DNA of 49,499 nucleotides from Oscillatoriales cyanobacterium PMM_0019 (lineage in GTDB: Bacteria > Cyanobacteriota > Cyanobacteriia > Cyanobacteriales > CASBRB01). The notes beneath the pieces are model-generated. The model worked only from the letters and a program-made list of their open reading frames with translations, was not told where the DNA came from and searched no databases. Positions within the stretch are counted from its first letter, which is position 1; each line of letters opens with the position of its first letter. This document shows positions 1-8,777 of the stretch, one piece after another. Location of the stretch: contig CASBRB010000196.1 in NCBI GenBank assembly GCA_949127975.1, forward strand, positions 1 to 49,499, written 5' to 3'. Both the position numbers and the translations under genes were made by a program.

Positions 1-49
1 GGTAAGAGACTGGAAATTTTAACACGGATTGCCACTATATAGTATCTTA

Positions 50-137
50 CAACAGCACTTGGCTGATTGTCAAGTAGAATCTACAAATTTGTCACAATTC
101 GCTTCTGCCGATTCTGTACGAAATCGTGAAATCAAGG
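50..137 (-). promoter_or_regulatory. Dispersed ~90-bp repeat with a sigma70-like promoter (TTGACA 73-68, N18, TAAGAT 49-44) firing leftwards out of the window
   Basis: About 85% identical to 48124-48210, which sits directly upstream of the DUF433 gene. -35/-10 hexamers read on the minus strand. Confidence 0.4.
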
Positions 138-234
138 TCGGAGCGATCGCAGCCTACTGCGAATTGTCAAAAACATTTCCGCGCCATAAACTCAATCCCG
201 GTGACGAGCTGCACCTGGGCGCGAGCCTTGGTTT

Positions 235-750
235 TTATTTTGCTCCCATCAGCGCGTTATAATTCAACTTCCACCCTAGATATTTTTCAATATCTTCAGT
301 ATTGATATAGTCTTCTTGAATAGCGGTTTTCAGAATTTCATCAATTAAATTACTCATTTTTTCTATAAACTTGTCTAGTAATATTGTGTAAGATTCACTG
401 GTAGATTCACCGAGAAAATTGACTTGACAAGTGACTTCATTTTTACTGGGATTTGGAAGAAGTTTTAAAATTAAATAGTTGAAAGCTATCCAAATCTCTT
501 TGCCAGCAGCTAGCTGAAAAAGTCTCTTACCCCAGTTATTTTCCAAAGCATCCAAAATATCGTGATAAAGGTGTAACTTAACCTGTTGATTACCTATCTC
601 TAATAAAACATAACGGTTATGCTCAAAGCAAAACTTCTTTAGACCAATTTCAAAATCCGTATATTCATTTAATGGATCTGATGGAGGATCGTACCAATCT
701 TCTTTTACAGGAGATTGTATTTGAATGTCGAAATTGCTGGTAGAATACAT
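235..750 (-). CDS. Hypothetical acidic 171-aa protein, possible immunity partner of the upstream toxin-like ORF
   Basis: ATG-initiated ORF 22 nt downstream of ORF 773-1213 on the same strand. No recognisable motif. Confidence 0.5.
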   Translation of the reverse strand: MYSTSNFDIQIQSPVKEDWYDPPSDPLNEYTDFEIGLKKFCFEHNRYVLLEIGNQQVKLHLYHDILDALENNWGKRLFQLAAGKEIWIAFNYLILKLLPNPSKNEVTCQVNFLGESTSESYTILLDKFIEKMSNLIDEILKTAIQEDYINTEDIEKYLGWKLNYNALMGAK

Positions 751-772
751 TGTGCTTGCACCTAGGATAAAT

Positions 773-1213
773 TTAATTTATTGTTAATCTAAAATCATCA
801 GTTACAGGATAAGTTGTGTTGAGCGTTCCATCATCTCGTCTCTGAATAAATGCGCGAGTAACATTTTCTATGGGGTTATCTGCACTACCACCTTTAACAA
901 AAACCCTACCAAGAGGACGATGAAAATCAATTATATAGTATCCAGGATGTTTAGGAGTTGCATTTTCAGCTTCTATTATATCTTCATCGTTATACCATTG
1001 ACCTTGAGCTTCTTGAGAATTTGCCCTATCTTGCATTCTAGAAGCTTTGGCATTAGAACCATGATCTGAAACTGTATGACCATATGCCTTTGATGTGATT
1101 TTATCCCATTGAGGTTCACTACCACTCCCAATCCACGGATAACCACTGCCGACTAAGACACTGGTATCCACTTTTTCTTGCTGTATTATATCATAACCTG
1201 CATTATGAACCAA
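773..1213 (-). CDS. Putative stand-alone polymorphic-toxin C-terminal domain (RNase A-like / CdiA-CT-like)
   Basis: GHTVSDHGSN and C-terminal LNTTYPV patterns recalled from bacterial RNase A-like toxin domains. TTG start, no signal peptide or delivery domain. Confidence 0.35.
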   Translation of the reverse strand: MVHNAGYDIIQQEKVDTSVLVGSGYPWIGSGSEPQWDKITSKAYGHTVSDHGSNAKASRMQDRANSQEAQGQWYNDEDIIEAENATPKHPGYYIIDFHRPLGRVFVKGGSADNPIENVTRAFIQRRDDGTLNTTYPVTDDFRLTIN

Positions 1214-1405
1214 AATCCCTAGCTCTGAGACAAAATATGTTTGAACCTCCCCACCTAAATTTTAAGATTTAGATGGATAAATATTGACTATGGCTCACCG
1301 TCAATATCAATTTAATTCTAGCATCCTTGCTTGATTAATGTCTACAATTACGATACCTAGTAATTAGGTACCGCTCGACAAGTCAGTACTTAATCACTAA
1401 ACACG

Positions 1406-2597
1406 TTAGCTATTCAAATGGATTTGTGAGATAGTTTTTAAATATAATAGTTGCGTCGGTGTAAATTCAAATCTACGTTGGAAAAAGTTAAGCATAGTTA
1501 CTTCAATCTCATCCAACTCAACAGTTCTCAGTTGGAGAATTAGTTTAGCTATTTCCTTGAATTGGGTTAGTTGTTCAGCAGGTAAATCTAGAGCTTGTAA
1601 ATCGCCTTGTTTGAAGTTGACTACAACTTCTCCCATATTTACTTGTATGCCCACCGGTGTTCCCTGAACTATTCCCCAAAATCCGTTCCATTTCCTTTCT
1701 GGGATTCCGGCTTTTTCTTGCCAAGTTATGTTGATTAAAACCACATCGCCAGCTTGAAATGGTGATGTATAGTCAAGGACTACGGGAGCGATTAAGGCAT
1801 CTTCATCAGTTAAGATTGGCAGCACAGTAGTGGATGGACTATGACGAATTAGCTTTGAAGCGTAATTTGTAGAACGCGCTTCACCCGTAGCTATTTTTTC
1901 TAAAATCTGCGCTCGCTCACTCGATGGTATCCTGGTTAACTGATATGCGGCGTCTACGCTTTGATGGTTCAATACCTGTCGCCATGCATTAGCTAAGTCC
2001 TTATCTCCAGAAGCCGACAACTGCTCAATGGCGTTTACTACCTTCAACCCCTTGCTGTAGGTACGCGGCTTTAGCCCCACCCTGGCAGCCACCTTGTCGC
2101 GAGTTTTTCCTTTTGACGCTTGTGGCAAATTTGCCGGAAGCGTCAAGTTACTGGCTCTGCCTTTTTTGGCATTAGTCAGGGCTGCTGCTTCCTGCTGTCT
2201 TACTTTGGCAGCGTCAGTTTCTAGTTCTTGCCACGCTTGGGCTTCCCGGATTTTTTGCTCCACTGTTTTAGTGCGGTAAGCGTTTTCTGTCAAAAGTGCC
2301 CGCAATTCGGCTGCTTCTGAGTCAAACTCTTTCACCTCTACTGGTACGCTTTCTATCCCCAGCTCTATCGCCGCCAGAAAGCGCCGATGCCCGCTCTTTC
2401 CTGCGTCCTGTAGGGGTAACCAACAAGCGCTGTATTTCTCCATTAGAACTAATTAGCTGCTTGAGGTCAGAAACATCCTCGTCTTCTCCGTATATTAGTG
2501 CATTGCGCGGGTGCGGTGATAGAGAATGAACCGAAACCGATGCGAACCCAGGAGCGAGAATTAATTTTAAGTTGAGTGGGATATTTTGAGCGCCCAT
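1406..2597 (-). pseudogene. ParB-like N-terminal-domain protein, split by a frameshift near 2400-2415
   Basis: The 91-aa ORF carries LSPHPRNALIYGEDEDVSDLKQLISSNGEIQRLLVTP. The 345-aa ORF continues in another frame with KSGHRRFLAAIELGIESVPVEV. Together they form one ParB/Srx fold motif set. Confidence 0.75.
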
Positions 2598-2699
2598 GAT
2601 GACGAAAAAGCGAACGGTTTTGATATGTAGCTAGATAACTCTTGAAGCATCAAGAGAACCTTTCAGCTAAGTATGCTGGCTATGGGGTAGGCGTTATTT

Positions 2700-2731
2700 A
2701 ACAAGTGTAGCACCTACATGATACACTTGTT
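2700..2731. promoter_or_regulatory. Perfect 10-bp inverted repeat AACAAGTGTA-N12-TACACTTGTT in the ParB-like/XRE divergent intergenic region (candidate operator)
   Basis: Read directly. Contains a nested TGTAG-CAC-CTACA palindrome. Confidence 0.45.
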
Positions 2732-2873
2732 ACATGTGAGAACAGCCTGTAACGGAAGTTCTGGAGTAGTTGTCGGTGTACCGATCGCGCCAGGGGCACT
2801 GCAGTCGGCGATCGCGCAAATAAAATGGCAGAATAAATCTAGATGCGGAGTCTATATGTAAGGTAGAATAAGC

Positions 2874-3377
2874 TTGAGTCTCGTGTCGGTGTCAGTCAAA
2901 CCGGACTTTTCAACTCGCTCTTTTAGACTCAGAAAGTTGCTCGAGCAACTGTTTGAGCAGTCTGAATGGAATCAGACTACTTTGGCACGCGAGATAGGAG
3001 TGTCGCGCCCTACGATAATCCGTTGGTTACAAGGAAAGAATTTACCAGATCCGGGAACTAACAATTTTAGGGAATTGGCACGGAGTAGTGGCGGCAGCTC
3101 TCAAACGCTTGAACTTTATTTGGATGGGGTTATTTCTCTGGAAGAGTATCGCCTCTTTACCGTCACAGGGGTTATTGAAGGGATTGACAGCGATGTATCC
3201 CATACGACGAGCGAACTTCCTTTAGCCGAAATCCTGACAATGATAGCTAAGTTAAAGCCCCAGGATATTGCTGATGTGATTTCTTCTTCTGCGGCTCTTC
3301 TGGTTCATACGCAGAATAAAACTTCATCAGAAAGAGTTCTGCCCAGTCGAGAACTAGCTCAACGAAATATGTCCTGA
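2874..3377 (+). CDS. XRE-family helix-turn-helix transcriptional regulator
   Basis: WNQTTLAREIGVSRPTIIRWLQGKNLPD HTH motif. TTG start, divergent from the ParB-like gene. Confidence 0.7.
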   Translation: MSLVSVSVKPDFSTRSFRLRKLLEQLFEQSEWNQTTLAREIGVSRPTIIRWLQGKNLPDPGTNNFRELARSSGGSSQTLELYLDGVISLEEYRLFTVTGVIEGIDSDVSHTTSELPLAEILTMIAKLKPQDIADVISSSAALLVHTQNKTSSERVLPSRELAQRNMS

Positions 3378-3549
3378 AAAACTTTTCGCTCGAAAGCCCT
3401 TGGGAATCTTTAGGGAATGCTCGGCTGTTTTGGGCTGTTGACTATCGAGCGCAATGGCTTCCTATCAAGTCGCTCGAGCGCAAGACGAGACCTCGTTCAC
3501 ATCCCCCCAGTGATTAACATCACCATAAACGACCTGTCAAGTCACTGTC

Positions 3550-3582
3550 ACATTAATTTACAATTCGTTACATTAATTTACA
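3550..3582. repeat. Direct repeat ACATTAATTTACA x2, period 20 bp
   Basis: Seen at 3550-3562 and 3570-3582 in a noncoding stretch. The minus strand reads TGTAAATTAATGT. Confidence 0.5.
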
Positions 3583-3829
3583 GATAGATAACAAAAGGAG
3601 TAAGGACGATGAAGACGATAGATTAAACCGGACGCTTAAATAACTACGCCACTGAGCCTGCTCTGTACTATGCAGAGTATCCCAGTGCAGAGCAACAACG
3701 CGGGTATGCAGTGCAGGGAGCTGTGGCTATCCTGTTGGTTGGCATGTTAGTGCTGACGGCATTAGGTGTCAGCTAAACGATAATTCCATTGGCATTAATA
3801 CTGAGAAATTTAGTAAACTCTGGAGGTCT

Positions 3830-4069
3830 ATGATGAGAACTGATTTTGACATCGCCAATAACTACAAAGTTCTGCCTACTATCTTTAGAGCTGATTTCAA
3901 CAATTCTGCAACCATCAATGCTAATCAAGCTTGGTCGTTGTTCTTTACGGCTGGTCGGGATGATGCCGCACTCGGATATAATCCAGAAGTCGGTCAATTC
4001 TTCAACAACATCTTAATCGCTGTTGTCGGTAGTTTTGTTGTAGGAACATTCCTTTACCCCTTATTCTAA
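3830..4069 (+). CDS. Small hypothetical protein with a C-terminal transmembrane helix
   Basis: GGAGG lies 5 nt upstream of the ATG. C-terminal ILIAVVGSFVVGTFLYPLF. Confidence 0.5.
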   Translation: MMRTDFDIANNYKVLPTIFRADFNNSATINANQAWSLFFTAGRDDAALGYNPEVGQFFNNILIAVVGSFVVGTFLYPLF

Positions 4070-4348
4070 AAATTTGCTGAGATAAGCTTTACAAATAACC
4101 TCAGTCATTTGACTGGGGTTAAAGTATTTAGCCCAACCTTAGATTGAAAGGTCTTTTTGGTAGAGCTTAATTTGTGCGACTGAAACATTATCCAACTGTG
4201 CGTAATTCGGTAGAAATCCTTGAATTATGGGCAATTGAAGTCGCTAGTACTCAACTCCCTCTTGGTGAAGTAAAGTTTGGCGCACTACCTTGTGAAGTAA
4301 TCCTTGGCTTGGCGCAAACTTTACTTAAAGTCACACTAACTGTCTTAT

Positions 4349-6304
4349 TTACGAACTGGTTGCTGAAAAGTTCGTAGGTTTGTAGTTAGGTCCGGTTTTT
4401 TGGGCACAATATCCTAATTGTGCTGTTTGATTTGGCTGAATGACACGTTCCCAATCCGGCGGTGTTACCTGATACATCGTGCCTTGGGAATTAAAACTAC
4501 CATTCCAAGAATTAGAAATAGTTCCTTGATTGAGATTAAACGTCAGCACCCAGTTGTTAGTACTCTTATTACCTTGATTGGTAACAAGCAGATTAACACA
4601 GTAACCAGTTTGCCAATCTGACTGGATAATTGCTTGTGTTTTTAACTCAGAAGAGGGAACCGGAGTAGGATTCGATGTAGTGGCTGAAAAGTTCGTAGGT
4701 TTGTAGTTAGGTCCGGTTTTTTGAGCACAATATCCCAATTGTACTGTTTGATTTGGCTGAATGACACGTTCCCAATCCGGCGGTGTTACCTGATACATCG
4801 TGCCTTGGGAATTAAAATTACCATTCCAAGAATTAGTAATAGTTCCCTGATTGAGATTAAACGTCAGCACCCAGTTATTAGTACTCTTATTCCCTTGATT
4901 GGTAACAAGCAGATTAACACAGTAACCAGTTTGCCAATCTGACTGGATAATTGCTTGTGCTTTTAACTCAGGAGAGGGAACCGGAGATGGAACCGGTGTG
5001 GGAGTAGGTATGGGAACCGGAGTAGGAGTAGGTATAGCAGCCGACAGTAGCGTGCTCAGCAGTTGTTGCTTGGCTGCATCAACAGTGTGCCAGTCATCTA
5101 GCAGAATACCGCCCGTATCCTTACTGTTAGGATTCCAACTCCAATAGGTGAAGCTAAGATTTTTTTTGCCGATAAAATCAACTAACTGTCGCTGCCATAT
5201 GCCCTCAGAAGAGCTACTATCTACCTGACGACCTCCAAATTCCCCAATCAGAATTGGTGCTATGCCCTTGGTAGCAATATAGTTAAATCCAGTTTCCCAG
5301 CGATCGTAAAGATTATTTGGGAAAGTAGGATCGGAGAACCAGGACTGATTATAGACCCCAAGACCATACTCATGTGGCGAATAAACTAGCTGTTTGGTCA
5401 CTGCCAGACGAACTGGGTATTGCCCAACACCCTCTAGATTGCTTCCCCACCAGTGACCTGATAATTTTTGACCGGGGACATTGTTTTCCACCCCTTCTAC
5501 AATAATCAACCAATTAGGATTGACGGCTTCGATCGCGTTGCCACATCGCTCAGCCGCCAGTCGCCAGTCAGTAGCTTCGTTACCACTTCCCCAACTAGCT
5601 ATACCGTGTGGTTCATTTTTTAAATCAGCTCCAATCACATTAGTCTGGTTTCTGTAGCGGGTTGCTAACATTGTCCAGGTATTGATCCAGTCGGCTTCTG
5701 TGAACTTGTCATTATACCATAATTCCGGAATAGCGGGGTCGTTATCGCTCAGGGTATGGTTGTCGAGTAGAACCAATAATCCTTGCCTTTGGGCTTCCTG
5801 AATCACCAAATCCATAACCTGTAAAGGGGTTTTCCCCTGAAGGTCTTTGTTGCTACCAATACTAAAGTCAATCCCACTAATGGTAGAAGAACGTAAAGAC
5901 TGCACCGAGAAGGGTAACCGAATGACGTTATATCCCAGGCTTTTGATCTGAGCTAACATATCCTTGTAGTCCCTCGCCCACAATCCGTGAGGAACGTGTA
6001 GATTTCCCTCTACTCCAAACCAATTCACTCCTCTGAGCAATACTGGTTTACCCGTGCTATCAACTATTTGAGAGCCTTTAGTGGAGAGCGGGGTGTTAAT
6101 TGTCGTCGCTGCGTTAGCTTTGCCTACCAAGTCTTGAGGAAAATTTGAAAAAATTACGGCAAATAGTCCTAAGAAAACATATTTGGCTTTTTGGCGGAAA
6201 TACCTTTTGAGTGGGTTGTAATTATTCTTGACTATCATTGGTTTTGTGACTCCTATTTGTTGTAAGTGAGTATGTGGTTGAAGTAGCTCTCGATTTTTGC
6301 TCAT
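4349..6304 (-). CDS. Secreted GH5 endoglucanase (cellulase) with two tandem C-terminal CBM2-like modules
   Basis: GH5 acid/base motif VIGADLKNEPHG and nucleophile region LIGEFGG. Pro/Thr linkers. Two 94-aa W-rich modules. The track ORF extends to a TTG at 6388; more likely starts are ATG 6304 or ATG 6238, ahead of a hydrophobic signal segment. Confidence 0.85.
   Translation of the reverse strand: MSKNRELLQPHTHLQQIGVTKPMIVKNNYNPLKRYFRQKAKYVFLGLFAVIFSNFPQDLVGKANAATTINTPLSTKGSQIVDSTGKPVLLRGVNWFGVEGNLHVPHGLWARDYKDMLAQIKSLGYNVIRLPFSVQSLRSSTISGIDFSIGSNKDLQGKTPLQVMDLVIQEAQRQGLLVLLDNHTLSDNDPAIPELWYNDKFTEADWINTWTMLATRYRNQTNVIGADLKNEPHGIASWGSGNEATDWRLAAERCGNAIEAVNPNWLIIVEGVENNVPGQKLSGHWWGSNLEGVGQYPVRLAVTKQLVYSPHEYGLGVYNQSWFSDPTFPNNLYDRWETGFNYIATKGIAPILIGEFGGRQVDSSSSEGIWQRQLVDFIGKKNLSFTYWSWNPNSKDTGGILLDDWHTVDAAKQQLLSTLLSAAIPTPTPVPIPTPTPVPSPVPSPELKAQAIIQSDWQTGYCVNLLVTNQGNKSTNNWVLTFNLNQGTITNSWNGNFNSQGTMYQVTPPDWERVIQPNQTVQLGYCAQKTGPNYKPTNFSATTSNPTPVPSSELKTQAIIQSDWQTGYCVNLLVTNQGNKSTNNWVLTFNLNQGTISNSWNGSFNSQGTMYQVTPPDWERVIQPNQTAQLGYCAQKTGPNYKPTNFSATSS
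4362..4986 (-). repeat. Tandem 321-bp duplication encoding the two CBM2-like modules plus linker
   Basis: 4362-4665 is almost identical to 4683-4986. The duplication also creates mirrored antisense ORFs at 4418 and 4721. Confidence 0.9.
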
Positions 6305-6390
6305 ATATCCCTCAATGCCAAGTTGACATAATAATAGATTTGCCGCTTTGAAATAGCTAGAATTGTCAATCTCTATGGAATTAATCAAAA

Positions 6391-8064
6391 CTAGCGGGAC
6401 AAAACACTGTGTGGTAACAATCGTAGGATTTCGCTTAAAGTAGTGACCCCCTGAGTTACCTTCTCTCTAGCTGCCATGCGAAATGAATCAAACTTACTTT
6501 CATGTAAGTGGCGATGTAATTGCATTATATTACCTTCGTAAATAATCTGGCGGACAGTCTCATCTACATTCAGTAGTTCAACAATTGCTTCTCGCCCCAA
6601 ATAGCCAGAATTGAAGCATTTAGTACAGCCTTTACCGATACGCCAGCCTGTGGTGTTCGCTTGATCTAACTCCAAATCAAGCTTTTTCAAATCTGCTTCA
6701 CTTGGTGTGTAAGCTTCTGCACAGTGGGGGCAGATTTGGCGAACTAAACGCTGCGCTACAATCCCCAATAAAGCATCACCGATTAACCCAGGATCGGGGC
6801 CAATATCTTTCAGACGAGGAATCGCACTAACGGCATCGTTAGTATGTAGTGTTGTTAACACTAAGTGTCCTGTTAGCGCTGCCCGAATCGCTGTTTCGGC
6901 TGTTTCCCCATCTCGGATTTCTCCTACCATGATAATATCTGGGTCTTGGCGTAAAATTGCTCTTAGTCCAGCAGCAAAAGTCATCCCTGCTGCTTCGTGT
7001 ACTTGTGTTTGGGTGATGCGGGGTAGCACATACTCTACGGGATCTTCCACCGTCACCACATTTACATCTTCAGTAGCGATCGCAATCAGGCTATTATACA
7101 GCGTACTGCTTTTACCAGAACCTGTGGGACCAGTGATAATAATCATCCCTTGAGGCTGTTTTAACCAACCTTTGTAAATCTCCAGTTTTTGAGGGGTAAA
7201 TCCCAAGTCTTCTAAGCCAGAAAAGGGGTTTTCACGCGGGAGTAAGCGAATTACGGCTTTTTCTCCACCCACGCAGGGCAGGGTACTGACTCGCATATCT
7301 ACCCGCAGCTCCGTTTCTGAGTCGGAGGCATAGTTTTCTCCAATGCGCCCATCTTGGGGACGACGGCTTTCGGAGATGTCTATCTTGGACATTACTTTGA
7401 GGGCGACTATTGCTTTGCGAGATACATCTGGTGGCAGAGTAGTAACATCTCGCAGAATGCCATCGATGCGATAGCGCACTCTTAACCCATCTGTTGTTGG
7501 TTCCAGATGAATATCCGAAGCTCGGTTGCTTAATGCTTGAGAAATTATGGTTTGAATGCGACTAATCTGGGTATCGGCTTTGGTGAGATAGAGTTGGGTG
7601 ACTTCACCAATGTCTTCTCGTTCCGTTTCACCTGTAATCGAATTAACACTCTTATCGGCAGTGATGCGTTTAGCGCTGAAGTTCTGGGTGAGTAACCACA
7701 GGCGATAGCTCTTGTCAGCAATGGGAATAATTTTAATGTCGGTGTTGGTGTAAGCGCGAAATTGCTCGATGTCTTTTTCAGAGAGAGCAACCGGACAACC
7801 TAAGTAATAACAACTGCGCCAGAGTAGTAGAGGAATTACAGGAGGTAAACCCCGACGATGAGAAACTACTCTGAGAAACCGAAAACTAACTTCTGAATCT
7901 AGTAATTCAAGGTTGACGTTTCCTCGATCGTCTACTAATAGGTTTAAAGCTTCAGTACAGTTAAGTGTGCGATTTTTTAGTTGAGACCAAACGGAGTCAA
8001 CTGTAATATAATTAGCCTGCATTGGGTTTAATACTCCAGTAAATAGTGAACTTGAATTAGCCAA
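6391..8064 (-). CDS. GspE/PilB-family type II secretion / type IV pilus assembly ATPase
   Basis: Walker A GPTGSGKSST, Walker B DPDIIMVGEIRD, tetracysteine CPHC...CTKC, N-terminal T2SSE_N-like region. Confidence 0.9.
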   Translation of the reverse strand: MANSSSLFTGVLNPMQANYITVDSVWSQLKNRTLNCTEALNLLVDDRGNVNLELLDSEVSFRFLRVVSHRRGLPPVIPLLLWRSCYYLGCPVALSEKDIEQFRAYTNTDIKIIPIADKSYRLWLLTQNFSAKRITADKSVNSITGETEREDIGEVTQLYLTKADTQISRIQTIISQALSNRASDIHLEPTTDGLRVRYRIDGILRDVTTLPPDVSRKAIVALKVMSKIDISESRRPQDGRIGENYASDSETELRVDMRVSTLPCVGGEKAVIRLLPRENPFSGLEDLGFTPQKLEIYKGWLKQPQGMIIITGPTGSGKSSTLYNSLIAIATEDVNVVTVEDPVEYVLPRITQTQVHEAAGMTFAAGLRAILRQDPDIIMVGEIRDGETAETAIRAALTGHLVLTTLHTNDAVSAIPRLKDIGPDPGLIGDALLGIVAQRLVRQICPHCAEAYTPSEADLKKLDLELDQANTTGWRIGKGCTKCFNSGYLGREAIVELLNVDETVRQIIYEGNIMQLHRHLHESKFDSFRMAAREKVTQGVTTLSEILRLLPHSVLSR

Positions 8065-8171
8065 ATATTGAATATTGGAGCTGAATTTTTCAGACGATAA
8101 TAGCGTCTGGAGTGCGGCTACTTAGTTCTAATCAGACCCCAATTCAGTCAAAAAACCACCAGATTTATCAG

Positions 8172-8552
8172 TTAGTACTTAGTGGTAGATGTTTGAGCTG
8201 GAATAAATGGAAAAAACTTTTTAGCTATTTGGGGTGGTAAACAAATAAGGTTTACACCATTTTCTCGACAAACGTTGTTATTTGCCCAGTAGGGATTACT
8301 CCAATTTTTCCAATCAGAAATGTTAATAACAGATACATCAGAGATAGCAGTTGTATTTGGTATTGAATCTGAGGTAGAAATTGGTGTTGGGGTTGCAACT
8401 GGCATTGGAGTTAGTATTTGAGGTTGTGTGAATCCTGCTTGACCAGAACCACCAAAACCACCAGCCTGAGCTTTTAATATCCCAGTAAAACCAGTAATTA
8501 AGTCTATGAGAATAACCAAAAAAGATATTAACCAAATGTGCGATTGTTTCAT
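8172..8552 (-). CDS. Small secreted hypothetical protein
   Basis: AGGAG RBS, N-terminal hydrophobic signal, Gly-rich then Pro/Thr-rich segment, two Cys. Confidence 0.55.
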   Translation of the reverse strand: MKQSHIWLISFLVILIDLITGFTGILKAQAGGFGGSGQAGFTQPQILTPMPVATPTPISTSDSIPNTTAISDVSVINISDWKNWSNPYWANNNVCRENGVNLICLPPQIAKKFFPFIPAQTSTTKY

Positions 8553-8659
8553 GTCAATACTCCTAGTTTTGTTTACTGATATTTAGAGCTAAACAGAGAA
8601 ACTATTTCAAGGTTTATGATTTGCTCCTAAATAATATTATCAGCTAACCTGGCAGTTAA

Positions 8660-8684
8660 GAAAGCCTGCCGTATGCAGGCTTTC
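8660..8684 (-). terminator. Hairpin GAAAGCCTGC-CGTAT-GCAGGCTTTC downstream of the lectin-M23 gene
   Basis: Perfect 10-bp stem about 95 nt after the stop at 8778. Weak T tract. Confidence 0.5.
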
Positions 8685-8777
8685 GCGGAAAATTATTGCT
8701 GAGTTAACCGAATCATATTGCCTAAAACACTTTGGATCAAAAGAGTTAATTTAGATCAACAATCCGATCTAAATTGT

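Noticed and set aside
4418-4942. Twin plus-strand 67-aa and 73-aa ORFs
   Set aside because: They are mirror images of the duplicated CBM2-like modules on the minus strand. The same applies to 13248-13460 and 13476-13658 opposite the tectonin repeats.
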